Positions 50,311-61,132 of a stretch of 64,000 bases of DNA are shown piece after piece. The position numbers were made by a program, and so were the translations under genes. Each line of letters starts with the position of its first letter. Within the stretch, counting starts at the first letter, position 1. The notes beneath the pieces were generated by a model. It did not search any database. It was not told the origin of the DNA and saw only the letters and a program-made list of their open reading frames with translations. The stretch comes from Candidatus Eiseniibacteriota bacterium (GTDB lineage: Bacteria > Eisenbacteria > RBG-16-71-46): positions 1-64,000 of the forward strand of contig CAVZLN010000005.1 in the NCBI GenBank assembly GCA_963776245.1, read 5' to 3'.

Positions 50311-51443
50311 CGGTCCGCCGTCCCGGCGCCCGCGCCCGCGCCGGCCGGGGCGACCGGGAGCGCATGCGCGATGGCGGCGCCGCCGAGCACGCGCTCGCCG
50401 TCGTAGAACACCGCGAGCTGCCCCGGCGTGATCGCGCTCTGCGGCGCGTCGAAGCGCACCTCGACCGCGCCGTCCGCGCGCGGGAACAGCCGCGCGGGCG
50501 CGGGGGCGTGCTGGGAGCGGATCTTCACCGCGGCCGCGCTGCCGGACGCGGGCACCCGCGGCAGCAACCAGTTCACCGCGGCGGTGACCAGCGCGCGCGA
50601 CTCCAGCGCCGCGCGCGGACCGACCGTGACCTGGTTCGCGGCCGCGTCGATGGCGATGACGTAGAGCGGCTCACCCGATCCGAGCCCGAGCCCGCGCCGC
50701 TGGCCCACGGTGTAGTGGAGGATGCCGCGGTGCGTGCCGAGCGGGGAGCCGGCGGCGTCCACGAACGCGCCGGGCGCGGTGCCGCGCGTCTCGCCGAGCT
50801 TCGAGGTGGCGTAGCCGGCGTAGTCCCCGTCGGGCACGAAGCACAGGTCCTGGCTCTCGGGCTTGTCCCAGAGCGTGAGCCCGAGCCGGCGGCCATGGGC
50901 TCGCACCTCGTCCTTGCACAGCGCGCCGAGCGGGAACACCACCCGCGGCAGCACGGCGTACGGGATGAGCGCGAGCGCATACGACTGGTCCTTGGCCGTG
51001 TCGGCGGCGCGGAACAGGCCCCACCCGTCGTCGGTGGGCATGACCCGCGCGTAGTGGCCGGTCACCAGCGCCTCGGCCCCCACCAGCGCCATGCGCTCGA
51101 CCAGATCACCGAACTTGAGGTGCTGGTTGCAGAGCGCGCACGGGTAGGGCGTGCGCCCGCCGGCGTAGTCGTCGAGGAACGGCTGGAGCACCCGCGCGCG
51201 GAACACCTCCTCGGCCTCGACCACGAAGTGCGGGAACCCCATGCGCCGCGCCACGCCCTGGGCGTCGGCGATCGCGTCGAGCGTGCAGCACGCGCGCGGG
51301 CTGGCCGGTCCGCTGCCGTAGCACCACAGCTTGAGCGTCACCCCGGTGACGTCGTGCCCCTGCTCGGCGACCAGCGCCGCCGCCACGCCGGAGTCCACCC
51401 CGCCGCTCATCGCCACCAGCAATCGACGCGGCGGCGCGCTCAC
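50307..51443 (-). CDS. mnmA: tRNA 2-thiouridine(34) synthase
   Basis: 'AMSGGVDS', 'TPYPCALCN..KF', 'TGHYA', 'KDQSY', 'ESQDLCF', 'TVGQRRG', 'TPGQ'. Confidence 0.95.
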   Translation of the reverse strand: MSAPPRRLLVAMSGGVDSGVAAALVAEQGHDVTGVTLKLWCYGSGPASPRACCTLDAIADAQGVARRMGFPHFVVEAEEVFRARVLQPFLDDYAGGRTPYPCALCNQHLKFGDLVERMALVGAEALVTGHYARVMPTDDGWGLFRAADTAKDQSYALALIPYAVLPRVVFPLGALCKDEVRAHGRRLGLTLWDKPESQDLCFVPDGDYAGYATSKLGETRGTAPGAFVDAAGSPLGTHRGILHYTVGQRRGLGLGSGEPLYVIAIDAAANQVTVGPRAALESRALVTAAVNWLLPRVPASGSAAAVKIRSQHAPAPARLFPRADGAVEVRFDAPQSAITPGQLAVFYDGERVLGGAAIAHALPVAPAGAGAGAGTADR

Positions 51444-52594
51444 CGGGGCCCTCCCGCGCCGGTCATGGCGCGTGCCGCGCGCACGCTGTCGAGCAGCGCG
51501 GCCAGCGCCCGGTCCACCTCGTCCGCGGTCGTCGTGCGCCCGAGCGAGAAGCGCAGCGCGCACACCGCGAGCTCGCGCGTCACCCCCATCGCCTTCAGCA
51601 CCGGGGAGGGCTCGACCGCGCCGCTCGCGCACGCCGCGCCCGCCGAGACCTCGACCCCGCGGGCGTCGAGCGCCATCAGCAGGTGGTCGCTGCGGGCGCC
51701 GGGGAACGACGCGTTCACCGTGTTGGGCAGGCGCGGTGCCGCGGCGCCGTGGATCACCACGTCCGGCACGTGCGCGCGCAGCCCGGCCTCGAGGCGCGCG
51801 CGCAGGGTGAGCAGGCGCGCGCCCTCGGCCGCGAGCTCGCGCCCCGCCAGTTCGGCCGCGACCCCGAAGGCCACGATGCCGGGCACGTTCTCGGTGCCGC
51901 CGCGCCGCCCGCCTTCGTGCGCGCTGCCGCGGAACAGCGGCTCGAAAGGCGTGCCGGTGTGGATCACCAGCGCGCCGACGCCCTTCGGCCCGCCCAGCTT
52001 GTGCGCCGAGAGCGCCAGGTAGCCGACGCCGAGAGCGGCGAAGTCGACCGGCACCTTGCCCGCGGCCTGGACCGCATCGCAGTGCGTGGGCAGGCCGCGG
52101 GCGCGCGCCCGCGCCGCGACCTCGGCCACCGGCTGGAGCACCCCGGTCTCGTTGTTCGCCAGCATCACCGCCACCACCGCGGTGTCCGCGGGCAGCCCGT
52201 CGATGTCGCGCGGATCCACCATGCCCTCCCGCGTCACCGCCAGGTGGGTCACGCTCCATCCCTGGCGCTCGAGCACGTGCGCGGCGCCGTGCACCGCGTG
52301 GTGCTCCACGGCCGACACCGCCACCCGGCGGCCGCGAGACTCGTGCGCCCACGCGGCCCCGATCAACCCGGCGTGGTCCCCCTCGGTGCCGCCGCTGGTG
52401 AACACCACCTCGGCGGGACGCGCGTTCACCAGCGCCGCGACCTGGGCCCGCGCGCGCTCGACCGCGGCGCGGGCGCGCTGGCCTTCCCGGTGCATGCTCG
52501 AGGGATTGGCCGACAGGCCGTCGAGCACCTCGCGCATGGCCGCGGCGGCCTCGGGGCGCACCGGCGTGGACGCGTTGTGGTCGAGGTAGATCAT
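51440..52594 (-). CDS. iscS: Cysteine desulfurase (IscS/NifS family)
   Basis: 'YLDHNASTP', 'ANNETG', 'SAHKLGGPKG', 'GTEN', 'GAAC'. Confidence 0.92.
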   Translation of the reverse strand: MIYLDHNASTPVRPEAAAAMREVLDGLSANPSSMHREGQRARAAVERARAQVAALVNARPAEVVFTSGGTEGDHAGLIGAAWAHESRGRRVAVSAVEHHAVHGAAHVLERQGWSVTHLAVTREGMVDPRDIDGLPADTAVVAVMLANNETGVLQPVAEVAARARARGLPTHCDAVQAAGKVPVDFAALGVGYLALSAHKLGGPKGVGALVIHTGTPFEPLFRGSAHEGGRRGGTENVPGIVAFGVAAELAGRELAAEGARLLTLRARLEAGLRAHVPDVVIHGAAAPRLPNTVNASFPGARSDHLLMALDARGVEVSAGAACASGAVEPSPVLKAMGVTRELAVCALRFSLGRTTTADEVDRALAALLDSVRAARAMTGAGGPR

Positions 52595-52698
52595 GTGCAC
52601 CTTCCTGGCCCGGGGATCGATCCGGGTGGCATCGAGGCCCCGCGGCGCGCCGCGGCGCGACCTCGAGGCCTCGGGAAACCCCGCGCGGCGGCGGGGAA

Positions 52699-53364
52699 CT
52701 ACCGTGCCGGCGTCGCCAGGAACTTCTCGAGCACCTCGATGCTCTCGCGCGCGCTGATCGCTTCCGGCGAGGTCGGCGCGAGCTCGACGACCTTGCGCCA
52801 CTGGCGGATCGCGTCGCGATAGAGCCCGGCATCGGCGAACGCCACGCCGAGCGTGAAGTAGGCGCAGTAGGCGCGGGGCGTGGCGGCGATCACCTGGCGC
52901 AGCACCGTCATCGCCTCGTCGTACCGGGCCTGGCCGTAGATCGAGGAGGCCTTGCGGCACAGCGCCACCGAGTCCCCGGGCGCGAGCGCGAGCGCCTCGT
53001 CGTAGTACTTCTGCGCGTACATCGCGGAGCCCGCGGCATCGAGCACCACGCCGTAGTTCACCAGCGTATGGACGTCGGTGGGGCGCACCAGGTGCGCCTT
53101 CATGAACACGCGCGACGCCTCGGAGATGCGGTCACGGTCCATGTACAGGACGCCGAGACGGAACAGGTTATCGAAGTTGCTGGAGTCCCTGGCCACCGCG
53201 CGCTCGAGCAGGTTGAGACTGTCCATCACGGCCGGCGTGGGCTGGGCGGCCGCGGTGGGTTCGGGCGGGATGGGCTTCTTGGCGGCGATCGAGGCCGGGG
53301 CCAGAGCGACGGAGCTGCCGAGGACGACCGCGGCGATCGAGCACATGCGGGCGAGGCGCTTCAA
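52699..53364 (-). CDS. Exported TPR protein
   Basis: Signal peptide; TPR helices; RBS ggagg before TTG 53364. Confidence 0.8.
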   Translation of the reverse strand: MKRLARMCSIAAVVLGSSVALAPASIAAKKPIPPEPTAAAQPTPAVMDSLNLLERAVARDSSNFDNLFRLGVLYMDRDRISEASRVFMKAHLVRPTDVHTLVNYGVVLDAAGSAMYAQKYYDEALALAPGDSVALCRKASSIYGQARYDEAMTVLRQVIAATPRAYCAYFTLGVAFADAGLYRDAIRQWRKVVELAPTSPEAISARESIEVLEKFLATPAR

Positions 53365-53448
53365 GGGACTCCCTCCTGAGTGATCCGGGCGCGAAGAACG
53401 GGCACGATGGTACACCGCGCCCGCGGTGCGGCCAAGAGGCAGGACGTG

Positions 53449-54654
53449 TCAGCCCCGGGCCGCCGCCCCGAGCGCCCGGGTGAGGTCCGTCCAGATGTCG
53501 TCCACGTCCTCCACCCCCACCGAGAGCCGCACCAGCCCCTCCGGTATGCCCGCCCGGGCCCGACCCTCGGGGCCCAGTTGCACGTGCGAGGTGTGCGCGG
53601 GCAGGGTCGCCAGCGACTCCACCCCGCCGAGGCTGGGCGCGAACCGCACCAGCCGCAGCGCCTGCACCACCCGCTCGGCCATGGGCGCCCCGCCCTTCAC
53701 CTCGAACGACAGCAGCGGACCGAACCCGTGGCGCATCTGGCGCACCGCGAGGTCGTGCCGCGGGTGCCCGGCCAGCCCGGGGTGGAACACGCGCGCCACC
53801 CCGGGGTGGGCCGTGAGCCGCTCGGCGATGACCAGCGCCGCGGCGTTGGCGGCCTCGACGCGCAGCACGAGGGTCTTGAGGCTGCGTTCGATCTGCCACG
53901 CCACCTCGGGCCCGGGCACCGCGCCGAACACCGTGCGCGCGCGATGGACCGGCTCCATCGCCGCGCGCGAGCCCAGCACCACCCCGGCGAGCAGGTCGCT
54001 GTGCCCGCCGATGGACTTGGTGGCGCTGTACATCACGGCGTCCGCGCCGAGCGGCAGCGCGTGCTGGCCGATGGGCGAGGCGATGGTGTTGTCGAGCGTG
54101 AGCCGCGCCCCGCGCGCGTGCGCGAGCGCGGCCGCGGCCGCCACGTCGACCAACTGGAGCGTCGGGTTGGTGGGCGACTCGACGTGGAACACGCGGGTGC
54201 GCGGGGTGAACGCGGCCTCCCACGCGGCGGAATCGCGCGCGTCCACCAGCGTGCAGTTCCAGCCCAGCCTGAGCGCGCCCCACTGGAGCAGGCCGTGGGT
54301 GCCGCCGTAGCACTGGTGAAGCGCCACCACGTGGTCGCCCGCGGCGAGGTACGCCATGAACATCGCCGACAGCGCGGCCATGCCGGACGAGAACAGCAGC
54401 GCCTCCTCGGCGCCCTCGAGCGCCGCCAGCCGCTCCTCGCACGCGCGCAGGGTGGGATGGCCGACGCGCTGGTAGTACGCGCCGGCCGCGCCCTTGCCCT
54501 GCTCCGCGTCGAGCGCGTCGAGGTCGGCGAACGAGAAGGTGGCCGAATGCACGATCGGCGTGCTCACGGCGCCGGCCTGACGGGCGTGCGCGCCATGCAC
54601 CGCGCGGGTGCGCTCGCCGTGGGGCGGATCGGGCGGGGCGTCGGGACGGGACAC
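53449..54654 (-). CDS. Cys/Met metabolism PLP enzyme (cystathionine gamma-synthase / methionine gamma-lyase family)
   Basis: 'SSGMAA', 'YGGT', 'ESPTNP', 'DNT', 'SATK.IGGHSD', 'SLGGVES', 'RLSVG.ED'. Confidence 0.92.
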   Translation of the reverse strand: MSRPDAPPDPPHGERTRAVHGAHARQAGAVSTPIVHSATFSFADLDALDAEQGKGAAGAYYQRVGHPTLRACEERLAALEGAEEALLFSSGMAALSAMFMAYLAAGDHVVALHQCYGGTHGLLQWGALRLGWNCTLVDARDSAAWEAAFTPRTRVFHVESPTNPTLQLVDVAAAAALAHARGARLTLDNTIASPIGQHALPLGADAVMYSATKSIGGHSDLLAGVVLGSRAAMEPVHRARTVFGAVPGPEVAWQIERSLKTLVLRVEAANAAALVIAERLTAHPGVARVFHPGLAGHPRHDLAVRQMRHGFGPLLSFEVKGGAPMAERVVQALRLVRFAPSLGGVESLATLPAHTSHVQLGPEGRARAGIPEGLVRLSVGVEDVDDIWTDLTRALGAAARG

Positions 54655-54744
54655 GGGAACCTCCGGGGTGGGATGCCGCGGGGTCGCCGCGGGGTGGCTT
54701 CCTGCGACCGCGATGGTCGGCTAGAGTCGCGGCCCACGCCCGCC

Positions 54745-55776
54745 ATGTCAACGAACCGACCGCTCGACCCCGCGACCGTCGAACGCGTGCTGATGGTGCG
54801 CCCGCGATTCCTCGGCGACATCTGCCTGACGCTCCCCGCGCTCGACGCGGTGCGCGCCGCCTGCCCGCGGGCGCGGGTGGCGTACGTGGTGGAGCGCGAG
54901 AGCTCGCCGCTGCTGGCCGGGGACCCGCGCGTGGACCTCCTGATCGTGGCGCCGCGCCGGCCCTCGCCGGGCGAGACTCTCGCGCTGCTCGGCCGGATGC
55001 GCGCCTTCGCGCCGCAGGTGGCGTTCGACTTCTTCTGCAACCCGCGCACCGCCGTGTGGACGAGGGCCTCGGGAGCGCCGGTGCGCGTGGGATACGCCGG
55101 CAAGGGCTGGCGCTCGGCGCTCTACACCCACCACGCGCGCCCGCGCACGCTGTCCTCGGTCGGCTTCCACCTCGCCTCGCTCGAGGCGCTGGGCTGGCCC
55201 GCCGGCCACGCCGCGCCGCGCCTGCACGTCGCTGCCGCCACGCGCGACGAGGCGCGGGCGGCGCTCGACGCGCTGGAGGTGCCGCGCGACGCCGTGCTGC
55301 TCGGCCTCCATCCGGGCGCGCGCTGGCCGACGCGGCGCTGGGACCCGGCGCGGTTCGCGGCGCTGGCGCAGGAGTTCCTCGACGCGACCCCGCGAGGCGT
55401 GGCGCTGGTGACCGGCGGCCCCGGCGAGGACGCGACCGTGCGGGCGGTGATGGACGGCCTGCCGCGCGCGCGCGCGCGCGCCGTGACCGGCTGGCCGCTG
55501 GCGCGCTTCGTCGCGCTCCAGTCGCTGTGCGCGGCGTTCGTGTGCGGGGACACCGGGCCGGTGCACAGCGCGGTCGCGGCCGGCTGTCCCACGCTCGGCC
55601 TGATGTCGCGCAACCGGCCGGCGATGTTCTTCCCCTACCCAGCGCCTCACCGAGCCCACTACGCGCGGGTCGAATGCAGCCCGTGCCATCGCGACGTGTG
55701 CGACGACCTGCGCTGCCTCGACCGGCTGACGGTGGGCGGCGCCTGGGCGCTGCTGCGGGAGATGCTCGGGCGCTAG
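54745..55776 (+). CDS. Glycosyltransferase family 9 (LPS heptosyltransferase-like)
   Basis: 'LGD....P', 'HPGARW..RRW', 'DTGPVH.A.A'. Confidence 0.9.
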   Translation: MSTNRPLDPATVERVLMVRPRFLGDICLTLPALDAVRAACPRARVAYVVERESSPLLAGDPRVDLLIVAPRRPSPGETLALLGRMRAFAPQVAFDFFCNPRTAVWTRASGAPVRVGYAGKGWRSALYTHHARPRTLSSVGFHLASLEALGWPAGHAAPRLHVAAATRDEARAALDALEVPRDAVLLGLHPGARWPTRRWDPARFAALAQEFLDATPRGVALVTGGPGEDATVRAVMDGLPRARARAVTGWPLARFVALQSLCAAFVCGDTGPVHSAVAAGCPTLGLMSRNRPAMFFPYPAPHRAHYARVECSPCHRDVCDDLRCLDRLTVGGAWALLREMLGR

Positions 55777-55828
55777 CTGGCGGTCCGCTGTGCTACGGTC
55801 CGCGTCGTCCTCGGCCGGGAGGTCTCCC

Positions 55829-56632
55829 TTGACGCATCCGCTGGTGACGTTCACGTCGGACTTTGGATCCAAGGACTGGTTCGTGGGCGTGGTGCATGGC
55901 GCCATCCATGCGGTCTGTCCCGAGACGCGCGTGGTCGACCTGACCCACGACATCCCACCCGGGCTCATCGCTCGCGGCGCCTTCGTGCTCGGGACCGCGG
56001 CGCCCGACTTCCCTCCCGGCACCGTGCACCTGGTGGTGGTGGACCCGGGCGTCGGCACCGACCGGCGCGCGCTCGCGGTGTGCGCGCGCGGCCAGCAGTT
56101 CGTCGGCCCCGACAACGGCGTGCTCGAGTGGGCGCTCTCGGCGCCCGGCGCGGTGGTGCACGCGCTGGCCGACGAGCGCTTCTTCCGCACGCCGGTGAGC
56201 CGCACGTTCCACGCCCGCGACGTGTTCGCGCCCTGCGCCGCCCACCTCGCGGCCGGCGTGGCGGTCGAGTCGTTCGGCCCGCGCGTCACCGATGCGCGCC
56301 GGCTGCCGCCCTCGGTGGCGCAGGCGAGCGATGGCGGGCTGATCGGGCGCATCGTGTTCGTGGACCGCTTCGGCAACGCGCTCACCGACCTGCGGGCGGG
56401 CGAGATCGCGCAGCGTTTCCCGGGCGCGGGCGACGCCGGCATCGAGGTGCTGGTCGGAGGACGGCGCATCCACGGCCTCGCGCGCGCCTACGGCGACTCG
56501 CCGGTGGGCACGCTGATCGCCATCGTGGGCTCCAGCGGCACGCTCGAGATCGCCCAGGTGGGCGGCCACGCCACCGAACGGCTGGGGCTCGGCGAGGGCG
56601 ACCGGGTCGAGGTGCGCGCCGCGCGCCCGTGA
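55829..56632 (+). CDS. SAM hydroxide adenosyltransferase (DUF62 family)
   Basis: 'TSDFG', 'VVDPGVGTDR', 'GPDNG', 'TFHARD', 'DRFGN'; RBS gggagg before TTG. Confidence 0.9.
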   Translation: MTHPLVTFTSDFGSKDWFVGVVHGAIHAVCPETRVVDLTHDIPPGLIARGAFVLGTAAPDFPPGTVHLVVVDPGVGTDRRALAVCARGQQFVGPDNGVLEWALSAPGAVVHALADERFFRTPVSRTFHARDVFAPCAAHLAAGVAVESFGPRVTDARRLPPSVAQASDGGLIGRIVFVDRFGNALTDLRAGEIAQRFPGAGDAGIEVLVGGRRIHGLARAYGDSPVGTLIAIVGSSGTLEIAQVGGHATERLGLGEGDRVEVRAARP

Positions 56633-56643
56633 CGCACCTGCGG

Positions 56644-56678
56644 CGAGGCCCCGGCGGGGCGAACCCGCCGGGGCCTCG
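56644..56678. terminator. 15-bp stem hairpin between convergent genes
   Basis: cgaggccccggcggg-gcgaa-cccgccggggcctcg. Confidence 0.75.
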
Positions 56679-56695
56679 TGCGTCGGTCGCGGGGG

Positions 56696-58328
56696 CTACT
56701 TGCGCGTGGGCGTCGCGACCTTGCGCGGCTCGTCGATCACGCCGCTCATGAGCCGGGCCGCCTGCGGGAACAACTCGAGTGCCTGCTGGAGCTGCGAGTC
56801 GTCCTCGACGCGGATCTTGTAGGCCTCGGGCGAGCTCTTGAGCGCGGCGCTCGCCAGCTCGGCGCGCACCTGGAGCAGCATGAACGGGCGGTCCGCGGTC
56901 CACACCGAGTCGCTGATCGTGACCTTGCGAGCCACCATCGCCTCGCGCAGCTTGCCCCACTCCTCGGACGGCAGCGAGAACCCGCGTGCGAACGACCCGG
57001 GCGTGAAGGTCTCGGCCTTGTGGCGCGTCAGGTAGTGCGTGGCGAACTCGAAGAACACCCGCTTGCTGATCATCTCGAGCTGGGGCCGGGTGTAGTTGGC
57101 GGGCTCATGGATGAGCACGTCGGGGTAGATCCCGCCGCCGCCGTAGACCTGCCGGCCGCCCGCGGTCTTGAACTTGGGCAGCGTGGCCAGCACCGAGTCG
57201 CTCGGGCACCTCGACCTTGTACGCGTCCATCGCGTACTGATCGCGATTCTCGAACTTGGAGTAGTCGCGCTGGATGAGCCGTCCGCTCGGGGTGTAGTAG
57301 TGCGCGATGGTGAGCAGCAGCTTGCTCCCGTCGGTGAGGCGCAGCTGGTTCTGGACCAGCCCCTTGCCGAACGAGTTGGTGCCCGCCACCAGACCCCGGT
57401 CGAGATCCTGCATCGCGCCCGCGACGATCTCCGACGCCGACGCGCTGCCGTGATCGATGAGCACCACCAGCGGCATGGTGTCGATCTTCGCGCGATCGCT
57501 GCTCCGGTAGTCGGCGTTGGCCGAGGGGATGCGGCCGCGGGTGTAGACCAGCAGCTTGTCGTTCGGCACGATCTGGTCGAGCACCTCGACCGCCTGCGAC
57601 AGCAGTCCGCCCGAGTTCGAGCGCAGGTCGAGGAGCAGCGACTTCATGCCCTGGGTCTTGAGCCTCGCGATCGCCTCGGCGAGCTCGTCCCCGGTGGTCT
57701 GCGAGAAGCGGATGATCCGCACGTAGCCCACGCCCGGCCGGATCATGTAGGCGTACGGCACGCTCTCGATCGGGATCTTGGCGCGCTCGATGGTGAAGTG
57801 CAGCGGCTCGGGCTCGTCCTCGCGCACCAGCGTGACGTTCACCGTCGAGCCGGTGGGGCCGCGCAGCAGCTTGAACACGTCGTCGTTGGTGATGTCCTTC
57901 GCGAGCGGTTTCTCATTGACCTCGGTGATGCGGTCACCGGCACGGATCCCCAGCCGGTACGCCGGGGTGCCCTCGAGCGGGGAGATCACCATGATGGTGC
58001 CGTCGCGCAGGTCGAACTGGATGCCGATGCCCGAGTACTCGCCCGAGAACTCCTCGTCCATCCGCTGCGCGCGCACCATCGGCAGGAAGACGGTGTGCGG
58101 GTCGAGCGTCTTGAGCATGCCGTCGATGGCGCCCTTGATGAGCTTCTGGTTGTCCGGGGCCTCGACGTAGTTGTTCTGCACCAGGTAGAGCACCTGGGAG
58201 AACAGGTCGAGCTGGCTGCGCAGGTCGTCGAGCGCGTTGAGCCCGCGCGCGAGTCCGAAGCCGAGCAGCAGCGAGAGCGCCATGCCGACGATCAGCGGTC
58301 CCGGCGAGTTGCGACGGATGAGAGCCAT
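56696..58328 (-). CDS. ctpA: S41 carboxyl-terminal processing protease, frameshift near 57205
   Basis: 'LDPH', PDZ 'GIGI', 'DLR.N.GG', 'SASASEI', 'FGKG.VQ', 'YYTPSGR.IQ', then 'GGGGIYPD'. Confidence 0.9.
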
Positions 58329-58349
58329 CAGGGTCTCCGGTGGCGAGGT

Positions 58350-59526
58350 TCAGTGCGCCGTCGCGCCGGCCTTGATCCTGGCCAAGCGTTCGACGGCTGC
58401 TTCGAGGGTCTCACGGCGCCGCGCGAACTGGAAGCGCAGGCGTTGCCGCCCCGCCGCGGGGTCGGCGTAGAACGAGGAGCCCGGCACCGCGGCCACGCCC
58501 ACCTTCGTCACCAGATGGCGCGCGAAGGCGGAGTCGCTGTCGAAGCCGAAGCCCGAGATGTCGGTCATCACGTAGTACGCGCCGTGCGGCGCGAAGGGGC
58601 GGAACCCCGCGGCCGCGAGCGCGGGCACCAGGTAGTCGCGCTTCTCGCGGTAGCCCGCGGCGAGCGCGGTGTAGTAGTCGTCCGGCAGCGCGAGCGCGGC
58701 GGCGGCGGCCTCCTGCAGGGGGGCCGGGGCGCCCACGGTGAGGAAGTCGTGCACCTTGCGGATCGCGCCGGTGAGCCCGGGCGGCGCCAGGCACCAGCCC
58801 ACGCGCCAGCCGGTCACGCTGTAGGTCTTGCTCATCCCGCTGATGGTCACGGTGCGCTCGCGCATGCCCTCGAGCGACGCGAGCGGGATGTGCACCCGGC
58901 CGTCGTAGAGGATGTGCTCGTAGATCTCGTCGGTCACCGCGATCGCGTCCCACTTCCGGCACAGGGCCGCGACGTGATCGAGCTCCGGCGCGCGAGAACA
59001 CCTTGCCCGTCGGGTTGTTGGGAGTATTGATGACGATGGCCTTGGTGCGGTTCGAGAACGCCGCCTCGAGCTCGGCCGGGTCGTAGGACCAGTCGGGCTC
59101 GCGCAGCCTCACGAACCTCGGGCTCGCGCCGCACAGCACCGCGTCCGGGCCGTAGTTCTCGTAGAACGGCTCGAAGACGATGACCTCCTCGCCCGGGTCC
59201 ACCAGCGCCATGAGGGTCGCCGCCATGCACTCGGTCGAGCCGCAGCACACCGTGATCTCGGTCTCGGGCTCGTAGGCCAGCCCGGTGAAGCGCAGGGTCT
59301 TGGCGGTCAGCGCATCGCGCAGGCGCTTGGCGCCCCAGGTGATGGCGTACTGGTTCACGTCGCCGCGCACGGCCGCGATCGCGGCCTCCTTGACCGACTC
59401 GGGCGCGGGGAAGTCCGGGAAGCCCTGGGCGAGGTTCACGCCGCCATGCTGGTTGCACAGGCGGGTCATCTCGCGGATGACCGACTCGGTGAATCGGCGG
59501 CTGCGCTGGGAGGTCTGGTCACGCAT
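58350..59526 (-). CDS. Class I/II PLP-dependent aminotransferase, frameshift near 58990
   Basis: 'NLAQGFPD', 'NTPNNPTG', 'DEIY', 'SKTYSVTGWRVGW'. Confidence 0.9.
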
Positions 59527-59631
59527 TCGAGCGAGTATTCTAGCGGCTCGCGGCCCTCGGCGCGACGGGCGAATTGCACGGTGGATGGCGAAGTTTGACA
59601 ACCCTCTGTCGCTCCCCCACCTTCGCGCGCC

Positions 59632-61065
59632 ATGGACGCTCAGCGAATCATCGCCCGCCGCATGGTCGTGGGGCTGCCTCCCGGCGGGCTGACGCCGGCG
59701 TGGGAGAAGGACTTCGCCGCGTACCCACCGGCCGGCGTGATCGTCTTCCGCCGCGACTTCGGCTCGCTCGACGCGCTGCGCGCGCTCACCTCGCGGCTGC
59801 GCGCGCTGGCGCGTCCGCGGCGCATCTTCATCGCCATCGACGAGGAGGGCGGGCACGTCTCCCAGCTCGGCGGACACCTCGTGGTGCCGCCCAATGCCGC
59901 GCTCCTCGCGCGCGGCGCGGCCCCCGGCGACCTCGAGCGGATCTCGCGCGTGACCGGCGAGCGCCTGCGTGCGCTCGGCATCGACTGGGCGTTCGCGCCG
60001 GTCGCCGACGTGGCGAGCGAGCCGCTCAATCCGGTGATCGGCCCGCGCGCGTACGGCGTCACGGCCGCCGCGGTGACGGCCGCGCTCGCCGACGTGCTGC
60101 GCGGCTTCCGCGCCGCGCGCGTCGCGACCTGCCTCAAGCACTTCCCCGGGCATGGGGACACCGTGGTCGACTCGCACCTCGCGCTGCCGACCTGCCGCGC
60201 CGACCGGGCCACGCTCGAGGCGCGCGAGCTGGCGCCGTTCCGCGCTCACGCCGACGCGCCCGCGGTGATGACCGCGCACGTGGTCTATCCCGCGCTCGAC
60301 GACGCGCGGCCCGCCACCTTCTCCCGCGCCATCACCACCGCGCTGCTGCGCGACGCGCTCGGCTTCCGCGGCGTGGCGATCACCGATGCGCTCGAGATGA
60401 AGGGCGCGGCCGACGGCCGCACCCCATTGGAGTCCGCGAAGCGCGCGCTCGAGGCCGGTTGCGACCTGCTGCTGTTCGCGTTCCAGGACGAGGCCGTGCG
60501 CCGGGTCCGGCTCGAACTGGCGGACGCGCTGGTGGAGGGTCGGATCGATCGCGCGGCGTTCGACGCCGCACGGCCCCGGCTCGCCGCGTTCGATGCCGCG
60601 CATCCCGAGCCCGAGACCCGGGAGCTCGAGCGGCCGCTCGCCGCGCTCACGCCGCCCGGCTGGGAGGAGCAGCTGTCCGCGATCGCCGCGCGCGGGCTGG
60701 AGGTGCGCGGGACGCTGACGGCGGAGGTCGCGCGCCTGCCGCTGCGCGTCGCGGCCCCGGAGCCCGCCTACGGTCCGACGCTCGCCGAGGAGCTTGCCGA
60801 CGCGGGCGCCCGGCTCGCGGGCGCGAGCGGCGACGCGCTCGAGCTGGTGGCGATCGCGAGCCGCGTGCCGCTCTCCGCCGCCGAGATCGCCGGTCTGCGC
60901 GAACGGGCACGCGTGCGCCCGACGGTGCTCTGCGGTCTCATGAGCGACGCGTTCCTCGACGCCGTGCCCGAGGCCGCGCTGCGCGTCAGCGCCAGCGACG
61001 CCACGCCCGTCTCGCGGCGCGCGGTCGCGCGCGCGGTGGCCGCGGCGCTGAGGCTGCGCGCCTGA
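59632..61065 (+). CDS. nagZ: GH3 beta-N-acetylhexosaminidase
   Basis: 'IDEEGG', 'KHFPGHG....DSH', 'MTAHV', 'TDALEM'. Confidence 0.85.
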   Translation: MDAQRIIARRMVVGLPPGGLTPAWEKDFAAYPPAGVIVFRRDFGSLDALRALTSRLRALARPRRIFIAIDEEGGHVSQLGGHLVVPPNAALLARGAAPGDLERISRVTGERLRALGIDWAFAPVADVASEPLNPVIGPRAYGVTAAAVTAALADVLRGFRAARVATCLKHFPGHGDTVVDSHLALPTCRADRATLEARELAPFRAHADAPAVMTAHVVYPALDDARPATFSRAITTALLRDALGFRGVAITDALEMKGAADGRTPLESAKRALEAGCDLLLFAFQDEAVRRVRLELADALVEGRIDRAAFDAARPRLAAFDAAHPEPETRELERPLAALTPPGWEEQLSAIAARGLEVRGTLTAEVARLPLRVAAPEPAYGPTLAEELADAGARLAGASGDALELVAIASRVPLSAAEIAGLRERARVRPTVLCGLMSDAFLDAVPEAALRVSASDATPVSRRAVARAVAAALRLRA

Positions 61066-61132
61066 GCGCGGCGCGCCCGCGCTCTCGCCGCGGGCGCGGA
61101 GGTGGCCGCGCGCGACATGCGGCCGCGGGAGG

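Noticed and set aside
55829..56632. Fluorinase/chlorinase
   Set aside because: It retains the Asp-Arg-His residues (VVDPGVGTDR, TFH) typical of DUF62 SAM hydrolases and sits in a housekeeping context.
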